Assembly (NCBI GenBank): GCA_028041985.1
Contig: JAOFNL010000001.1
Location: 1-56,363 of the forward strand
Length of the DNA: 56,363 nucleotides
Direction: 5' to 3'
Source: Psychromonas sp.
GTDB lineage: Bacteria > Pseudomonadota > Gammaproteobacteria > Enterobacterales > Psychromonadaceae
The position numbers were made by a program, and so were the translations under genes. Under the pieces are notes generated by a model. The model saw nothing but the letters and a program-made list of their open reading frames with translations. It searched no databases and was not told the DNA's origin. Below are positions 29,219 to 38,000 of the stretch, piece by piece. Within the stretch, counting starts at the first letter, position 1. Each line of letters opens with the position of its first letter.

Positions 29219-30811
29219 TTATTGCATATGCTGTTTTTGACGTTGCAATAATTTACTTTGACTAGTGGATTGTTTTTTCTGCTCACCGGTTAGATTAAGG
29301 GTATTAAACATGCCTTTTAATCCGGAAGCGGTATAATCCAATTCAATTTTTGGTAATAGCATTTCATGTTTTTCTGGAAATAACGCGAGCACGGCTTGAG
29401 AGATGAGTTCAAACAATCGCTTTAGATTGATTTTGTGTGTTTGTCCTGTTTCATCAAATAACCAATTAGCGATCGCCAGAAACTGTTCAAATGGGTTATC
29501 GGCAATGATGTAACCTAAAGAATGTTTGAACCGACCTGAGTTACCTATCATATCCCAGTATCTCGCAAAACGATTCACCAGTTGCATAGTCGCAAAATCA
29601 ATCCGATCGTTACTCAAAATATTAAAAGGTGGCAAAGGATTAAATCGCAGATCAAAGGTATCAGTATGTCTAATGATTGGACTACCTTTAAGGCGTTTTA
29701 AAATACCCATTTGAATTTCGTGTGGTTTACATTCATAAAGTTGGTTGAAACTATCTTTAAAACTTTCGAATGTTTCACCTGGTAGACCAAAAATAAGGTC
29801 TGCATGAATATGTGCGGTGGTGTTTTCTTTTAACCAGATTAAGTTTTCTTTCGATTTGGGATTATTTTGTTTGCGGCTGATGTTTGTTTGTACTTCTTGG
29901 TTGAAGGTTTGAATACCTACTTCAAATTGTAAAGAGTTTTCAGGAAATTGAGATAGCATCTCTTTTAATTTTCTCGGAAGGTGGTCTGGCACCACTTCAA
30001 AATGCAGGTATAAATCATCGGTCATTCTGTCTAAGAAAAACTGCATGATTTGTAATGACGTTTTAATGTCTAAATTGAAGGTTCTATCTATAAACTTGAA
30101 GTTACGCGCTCCACGATTATAAAGTACTTCCATTTCTTGTAAGAACACGGTGAGCTCATAAGGATTTGATTTGGTGTCTAATGAGGATAAGCAAAATTCG
30201 CATTTAAAAGGGCAACCACGAGAGGCTTCAACATACAGTAAACGATTTTTTAGATCTTCATCACTATAGTACTGATAAGGCATGGTGAGATCTTTTAAAT
30301 CGACAGGTTTAGATTTTAAAATTTTACGATCAGGTTTGTTGTTATTGATGATGTCTTTACATAATTCGTAAAAACTTATATCAGCTTCACCTGTTAATAC
30401 GTAATCAGCCGTTTGCACAATCAATTGTTGTTCAGATTCGTAGCTCACCTCTGGTCCGCCTAACACCACAGTGACTTCTGGTGCGATCACTTTTAATAAG
30501 CTCACTACATTGGTTGTTTCAACTATATTCCAAATATAAACACCAAAACCGACGATGGTGGGTTTTGATGCTAAAATTTGTTCAACAATATCAATGGCCC
30601 ATGTTTGAATCACAAACTCTTTAATTTCACAGATTGGCTGTAGATCTTTTAAATTAGCATACAGATAACGTAACCCTAAACTTGCATGAATATATTTTGA
30701 ATTAAGCGTGGCAAGCACGATTTTAGGTGAAGATAAGTCATTGTTTAAAAATGGCTTATCTTCCGTTGTACGCGTTTGCATAATGGTTAAAGCGTTATCT
30801 AATTGCTGCAT
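29219..30811 (-). CDS. B12-binding-domain radical SAM protein (DUF4080-type); start uncertain
   Basis: N.KYIH.SLGL.YL, GFGVYIWN, LGGPEVSY, YVEASRGCPFKCEFC (CxxxCxxC), FIDRTFN. Confidence 0.85.
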   Translation of the reverse strand: MQQLDNALTIMQTRTTEDKPFLNNDLSSPKIVLATLNSKYIHASLGLRYLYANLKDLQPICEIKEFVIQTWAIDIVEQILASKPTIVGFGVYIWNIVETTNVVSLLKVIAPEVTVVLGGPEVSYESEQQLIVQTADYVLTGEADISFYELCKDIINNNKPDRKILKSKPVDLKDLTMPYQYYSDEDLKNRLLYVEASRGCPFKCEFCLSSLDTKSNPYELTVFLQEMEVLYNRGARNFKFIDRTFNLDIKTSLQIMQFFLDRMTDDLYLHFEVVPDHLPRKLKEMLSQFPENSLQFEVGIQTFNQEVQTNISRKQNNPKSKENLIWLKENTTAHIHADLIFGLPGETFESFKDSFNQLYECKPHEIQMGILKRLKGSPIIRHTDTFDLRFNPLPPFNILSNDRIDFATMQLVNRFARYWDMIGNSGRFKHSLGYIIADNPFEQFLAIANWLFDETGQTHKINLKRLFELISQAVLALFPEKHEMLLPKIELDYTASGLKGMFNTLNLTGEQKKQSTSQSKLLQRQKQHMQ

Positions 30812-31153
30812 AGTTATTGAGGTTCTTAAGTTTTAATAAATTAGGTGAAGAATAATACAGGAATAAAATGTGATATTCAGTCTCTGATTTGTGTGTTGGT
30901 ATTGCTTTTATCATAAATTTTTTCTGACAGTTGCTTTGCTGTAAGTAAGTATTGATAAATAACGTTTTGACCATTCATGAGTTTCATTATTTTAGTATCG
31001 CTAAAATGTGCTGAACATTTGATTTAATAGTAACTGTAATGAGTAAGTTTTATTAATCAAACAATTTAAAGTATCGGTAGATTGTATAGGGCGTGATACC
31101 TGTGTATATTGTCGAACTAACTTTCTGTTTTTATTTTGTGAATTGAATAACTT

Positions 31154-31975
31154 TTGACTGCCAAACAGCATAAGAATGCGACAACAACCCCTGAGATTCG
31201 AGCTTTTATTCGTGAATCCGAATTACCGACGGCGGTTTTAGCACGTCTATTAAAAATTTCTGAATCTACAGTGCGAAAATGGCGTCAACGCGATACTGTT
31301 CAAGATGCCTCACATACCCCTAAACGTTCCAACACAACATTAACGCTCCAACAACAATACGTTGTTGTGCAGTTACGTAACCGTTTGATGCTTTCTCTTG
31401 ATGATTTATTAAAAGTTTGTCGTCAATTTATCAATGAAAATACATCGCGAGCAGGGCTTCAACGTTGTTTAAAACGCCATGGCGTTTCTAAATTAGCGGA
31501 TATTGACCCAGCAGGTGAATTGGTGAAATTAGAGCAACAAGTGAGTGTTGCTATACAAGATAAATCGTCAGATAAAGTGACCAGTTCTGTTTTAAATCCA
31601 CAAGCTATGTTGGATGTGTTGAACCAATTGCGACTTGAAGACACCAACAATCAGCAAAGCAGTGAGTTAGCTGACCATGCTAAAACTGCAAAAACTCGTA
31701 GTTTAACCTGTGAAGATGTGGTGCAAGTCAGTGTGATCACTTTGCCTAATTTAGACAAAAAGTCAGATACAAAGATTAAACAACATCGTCTTTTGATAGC
31801 AAACGATCCAGATAGCCAATGGGTTTATGTTGATTTATATCAAGATGATGAAGCCGATGCGGCAAGACGATACATGAAACATGTATTAAAGCATGCACCA
31901 TTCCATATTCGCCGCTTATTAGCGGAAAATTATAATGAATTTTTGAGCCGATTTAGTTTATTGAATGAGCAATAA
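31154..31975 (+). CDS. pfaR: PfaR-type putative regulator of the PUFA synthase locus; IS481-transposase-like sequence
   Basis: HKNATTTPEIR...LARLLKISESTVRKWR HTH; immediately upstream of pfaA. Confidence 0.75.
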   Translation: MTAKQHKNATTTPEIRAFIRESELPTAVLARLLKISESTVRKWRQRDTVQDASHTPKRSNTTLTLQQQYVVVQLRNRLMLSLDDLLKVCRQFINENTSRAGLQRCLKRHGVSKLADIDPAGELVKLEQQVSVAIQDKSSDKVTSSVLNPQAMLDVLNQLRLEDTNNQQSSELADHAKTAKTRSLTCEDVVQVSVITLPNLDKKSDTKIKQHRLLIANDPDSQWVYVDLYQDDEADAARRYMKHVLKHAPFHIRRLLAENYNEFLSRFSLLNEQ

Positions 31976-32015
31976 TTGCTTAATAACTAAATATGTAATG
32001 CCATTGGAGAAAGTA

Positions 32016-35000
32016 ATGTCGAAAAATAAAACCACCAACACCGCATCAGATAAGCGTATCAACTCTCGCTTACAAGAAACGCCGATTGCAATTGTTGGTA
32101 TGGCCTCTGTTTTTGCTGAAAGTAAAAACTTAGGACAGTTTTGGGATACGATCGTTAACTCTGTTAATGGCATTCAAGATGTACCCGAAGATCGTTGGGC
32201 GATTGATGATTATTATTCAGCGGATAAAAAAGCAGCGGATAAAAGTTATTGTAAGCGTGGTGGATTTTTACCCGAAGTTGACTTCGACCCAATGGAATTT
32301 GGTTTACCACCAAATATTTTAGAATTAACTGATATTACGCAACTAATGGCGCTAGTTGTTGCTCGTGATGTGTTAGCTGATGCTGGCGTGAGTGATGAAT
32401 CTAGTTTCGATCGCGATAAAATAGGTATTACGCTTGGCGTAGGTGGCGGACAAAAACAAGGTGGACAATTAATGTCTCGCTTGCAAGGTCCGGTTTTAGA
32501 AAAAGTATTAAAAGCATCGGGTTTAAGTGATAACGATACCGATGTGATTGTTGATAAATTCAAAAAAGCGTATATCCCTTGGGAAGAGAACTCATTCCCT
32601 GGCATGCTAGGAAATGTAATTGCAGGGCGCATTGCAAATCGTTTTAATTTTGGTGGTACTAACTGTGTGGTTGATGCTGCGTGTGCAGGGTCTTTAGCTG
32701 CAATTAAAATGGCGGTATCTGATTTATTAGAATATCGCTCAGATATGATGCTGTCAGGTGGTATTTGTTGTGATAACTCACCATTTATGTACATGTCTTT
32801 CTCAAAAACACCCGCTTTCACCGATGGTGATTGCATTCGTCCATTTGATGAAAAATCTAATGGCATGATGATTGGTGAAGGTGTAGGCATGATTGCACTT
32901 AAACGTTTGGAAGATGCTGAGCGTGATGGAGACCGCATCTACTCAGTAATAAAAGGTATCGGTAGTTCGTCTGATGGTAAGTTTAAATCGATTTATGCAC
33001 CACGCCCTGAAGGTCAGTTAAAAGCATTAAAACGTGCCTATGATGATGCAGGGTTTGATCCTAAAACCTGTGGTTTGATTGAAGCACATGGCACTGGCAC
33101 TAAAGCAGGTGATGCTGCTGAGTTTAGAGGTTTAGAGTTATTATTTAGTGAGGACAATGATGAAAAGCAACATGTCGCACTTGGCTCTGTTAAATCACAA
33201 GTGGGCCACACTAAAGCAGCAGCTGGTACAGCAGGTCTTATTAAAGCAGCTTTAGCGCTACACCATAAAGTATTGCCTGCAACGATAAACGTTGATAAAC
33301 CCAATCAAAATTTAGAGATTGAAAATACACCTCTCTATATTAATACTGAAACAAGACCTTGGATGCAGCGTGCAGATGGAATTAAACGTCGTGCAGGTAT
33401 CAGTTCATTTGGTTTTGGTGGTACTAATTTCCACTTAGTTCTTGAAGAATATACACCTCGACAACATGGTGCTTACCGTCTGAATGATGTTGCTCAGTCA
33501 TTTTTATTCAGTGCCACTAACAAATCTAATTTAATTGATGAGCTAGTGAATAATTTGACTCTTTTAAAAGTAGATGTTGAATTACAACCTTATGCTTTTA
33601 ATCAGTTGATTCTTTCTTATCCTGTTAAAAAAATAGCCAAAACATACGCAAGGTGTGGTTTTGTTGCTAAAAATATTGAGCAAGCTATTCAATTTATAGA
33701 ACAAACTATTGAGCAATTAACTACCAATGAAAGTGATGCATGGTCTAAACCAAATGGCATACATTATCGCTCAAAAAGTATGGATACTCAGGGGAAAGTG
33801 GTTGCATTATTCTCAGGTCAAGGCTCGCAATATCTAAACATGGGCCGTGAACTGGTTTGTCACTTCCCAAGTATGATGGTTACACAAACAGCGATGGATC
33901 AACAATTCCATGAAGCAGGGAAACAGAGTCTTTCGAAGGTTGTTTATCCAATCCCTGTTTTTGATCAACAAGCAAGAGCTGAACAAGAATTAACACTCCG
34001 ATTGACACAACATGCACAACCTGCGATCGGTAGCTTCTCTGTTGGTTTATTTAATACTTTTAAACAAGCAGGATTTAAAGCAGATTTTTCTGCAGGACAT
34101 AGTTTTGGTGAGTTAACCGCATTGTGGGCTGCAGATGTGCTGTCAGAAGTGGATTACATGAAATTGACTATGGCTCGTGGTCAAGCGATGTCGGCACCTG
34201 AAGATCCTGAACTAGATAATGGGACTATGGTCGCTGTTATCGGTGATGTTGCAGAGATTGAATCTCGCATTGCTTCAATTAAAGGTGTGACGATTGCAAA
34301 TTATAATGCTCATAATCAAGCTGTAATAGCGGGTGAGAGTTCTGCGATTGAGAGTGCACGTACTGAATTGACTGCTAATGGTTTTAAAGTGATCACATTA
34401 CCGGTTTCTGCTGCTTTTCATACTCCATTGGTCGGGCATGCACAACAACCATTTGCGGAAGCTATCGATGCAGTGACATTTAAGAAACCTACTATCGCAG
34501 TTTATTCTAATGCAACGGGTGATATTTACAGCAATAATCCAGACGAAATAAAAGAAGAACTAAAAGATCATATCTTACAATCAGTACAGTTCAGTAAAGA
34601 GATTAAAAACTTATATGCAGCTGGTGGACGTATATTTGTAGAATTTGGTCCTAAAAATGTATTAAAGCGCTTAGTTGATAATATTTTAGAAGATAAAAAT
34701 GATGTCGTTACTATTGCTACAAATGGCAGTGCTAAAACATCTTCAGATTTACAAGTACGTTTAGCCGCAATACAATTAGCTGTTTTAGGACTTGAGTTAA
34801 ACACTATTGATCCATACTCCGCAGTCGCTCGTCCTACTGTTGCCCCTCAAAAATCGCCATTAGCGATGAAACTTTCTGGCGCTTCTTATGTTAGCCCAAA
34901 AACTAAAAAAGCATTTGCAGATACTTTAACTGACAACTGGAAAATCTCTAGTGATCATTCAACACAACCTGCAGTGAAGGAAGTGATAAAAGAAGTGGTT

Positions 35001-38000
35001 GTAGAGAAGATCGTTGAAAAATTAGTGTATGTTGATAGCACAGGTAAACCTATTGCAAATCAACCAATACAGACAGCAACTGCAGGTGCAAGTTCTGTTC
35101 TAGAAAGTGTCGAACAATTTATAAAGCATCAATCTCAACTGTTAGCTGTACATCAGTCATATTTGGATGGTCCGAATCGATATGTGGATACTTTTAAAGC
35201 AGTTTTAGCTGCACAAGCAGGACAACAAAAATTGCCTGAAGGCTTAGATAAAACATTAGCTATGTACCATGACTTCCAAACAGAAACGTTGCGAGTACAT
35301 GAAACTTATTTGAATAATCAAACAAATAATATGCAACAGATGTTAGATAATGTTTCAGGTGTTCAAGTGTCAACAGCGTCTTCACAAAGATTGCAAGTGC
35401 CGTCGGCTGTTAATCCAATCAATTTACAGCAGCAATTACAGGCAACTCACCAAACGGTTCAAAATGCAAAATCAGAGTCGGTTAACATAAGCAAAATTAC
35501 TGCAACCAATGACTTACAATTTATAGAAAATAAAATGTTATCTGTCGTCGCTGAAAAGACTGGTTATCCAATTGAAATGTTAGAGTTAAGCATGGATATG
35601 GAAGCAGACTTAGGTATTGATTCAATTAAACGAGTAGAAATATTAGGCGCAGTACAAGATGATATTTCTGACTTACCTGAATTAGATGCTGAACTGTTAT
35701 CACAAATGCGTACTCTAGCTCAAATCGTTGCCTATATGAATGAAGTCATGGATAAAGCAGGCGTCCATCCTCAGAATGTAATTTCAAGCCACACATCTGC
35801 AAATGCAACGATTCAATTCGATAGCGAAGCGATTGAAAAAGTGATGCTACAGGTGGTTGCTGATAAAACAGGTTACCCAACAGAAATGCTTGAATTGAGC
35901 ATGGATATGGAAGCTGACTTAGGAATTGATTCAATTAAACGTGTTGAGATCCTAGGTGCCGTTCAAGATGAAATTGATAACTTACCTGAGTTAGATGCAG
36001 AGCAACTATCGCAAATGCGTACGTTAGCTGAAATTGTCGATTATATGAATCACGTGATGAGTTCTGTTAATAGTAACGTTACGTCTAGCACAATGGCAGA
36101 ACCTTCATCAATTGACATTAAAGCAATTGAATCTGTGATGTTGAACGTGGTAGCGGATAAAACCGGTTACCCAACGGAAATGCTTGAACTAAGCATGGAT
36201 ATGGAAGCTGATTTAGGTATCGACTCTATTAAACGTGTAGAAATCTTAGGTGCAGTGCAAGATGAAATAACAAACTTGCCAGAGTTAGATGCCGAGCAGT
36301 TATCGCAAATGCGAACGCTTGCTGAAATCGTAACCTACATGAATGAAGTAGCCGCTACTGTTAGTTCGATTTCTTTAGCTGTAAACACAGTCGTTGAGAG
36401 CAAAGTTAACCAGAATACGGTTAGCCAAGACAATTTTATTTCAGCAACAAGTGTCATAGATACTCAATTAATAGAAAGCATTATGCTGGCCGTAGTTGCA
36501 GATAAAACGGGTTATCCAACAGAAATGCTCGAACTAAACATGGATATGGAAGCTGACTTAGGAATAGATTCTATTAAACGTGTAGAGATCTTAGGTGCTG
36601 TGCAAGATGAAATAAGCAATTTGCCAGAGTTAGATGCCGAGCAATTATCACAAATGCGTACATTGGCAGAAATTGTGGCGTATATGAATGAAGTTGCGGC
36701 TAACGAACCAACCACAACTCAAGGTTCAAAGGTTAACGAATCTATCAAAACTTTAGCTGATAATATCATTGATGTTGAATTGATTGAACGTACTATGTTG
36801 AGTGTCGTTGCTGAAAAAACAGGTTATCCAATTGAAATGCTTGAATTGAATATGGATATGGAAGCCGATTTAGGTATTGATTCTATTAAGCGTGTAGAGA
36901 TATTAGGTGCAGTTCAAGATGAAATAAACAATTTGCCAGAGTTAGATGCCGAACAATTATCACAAATGCGTACTTTGGCGGAAATAGTTGGTTATATGAA
37001 TGAAGTTGCGACTACAGAACCAACGGCAACTTTAGATCCAAACGTGAGTGAACCTGTCAATACTTCAGCCGATAATGCCATTGATGTTGAACTGATTGGA
37101 CGCACTATGTTGAGTGTCGTTTCAGATAAAACAGGTTATCCAACTGAAATGCTTGAATTGAATATGGATCTGGAAGCCGATTTAGGTATTGATTCTATCA
37201 AACGTGTGGAGATCTTAGGTGCAGTTCAAGATCATATAACCAACTTGCCAGAATTAGATGCAGAACAATTATCAAAAATGCGTACCTTAGCTGAAATTGT
37301 TAACTATATGAATGAGGTGCAAGGAACAAAAGCGAGTTCGAATATTCCTGTTTTTGTAGAACCTACAGTTTCTGAAATGAGTCCCGATATTGTTGAAGCT
37401 GAAAGCGTCGTTGAATTTAGTCCAGCTCCAAGTTCAATCGTTGAAATTAAACAACTTGCTGCAATCGAATGTATGGATTCACGTGTCACTAATAAAAATA
37501 TGTTACTAGTGAATGATGGTCAGGGAAGTTGCGTTTATATCGCCAATAATTTATCTCAATTAGGTTGGAATGTTGTTGTTATCACACCGAGTTGGATTGA
37601 GCGGGCGACAACGAAAATTTTCAATGATGGAATAATTAATATCAACTTATCTGATATTACTGAATCTGCGTTAAAGGATATTTTAATCACTAAGTCTGAA
37701 TGGCAGTCGGTTATCTATTTACATCCAAAATCGGAAGTATTTGGTATTCAGTTTGAGACTCAATATAAAAAAGGATTACAACTTGCCTTTTTATTAGCGA
37801 AGTTAAGCAAGCTTAATCAGAATAATAATGAAACCCGATCATCATTTTTGGTGTTAACTCGCCAAGGTGGTGATTTTGCAACCAACAATATCGAGAAGAA
37901 ATCTGATTTAGTACAAGGTGGTTTAGCCGGCTTAGTAAAAACACTTGACCATGAATGGGATAATGTTTTCTGCCGTATTATAGATATACCTTCTTTATAT

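Noticed and set aside
31154-31975. Active IS481 insertion sequence
   Set aside because: DDE residues appear substituted or missing, no paired terminal repeats or target duplication were seen, and the position matches pfaR
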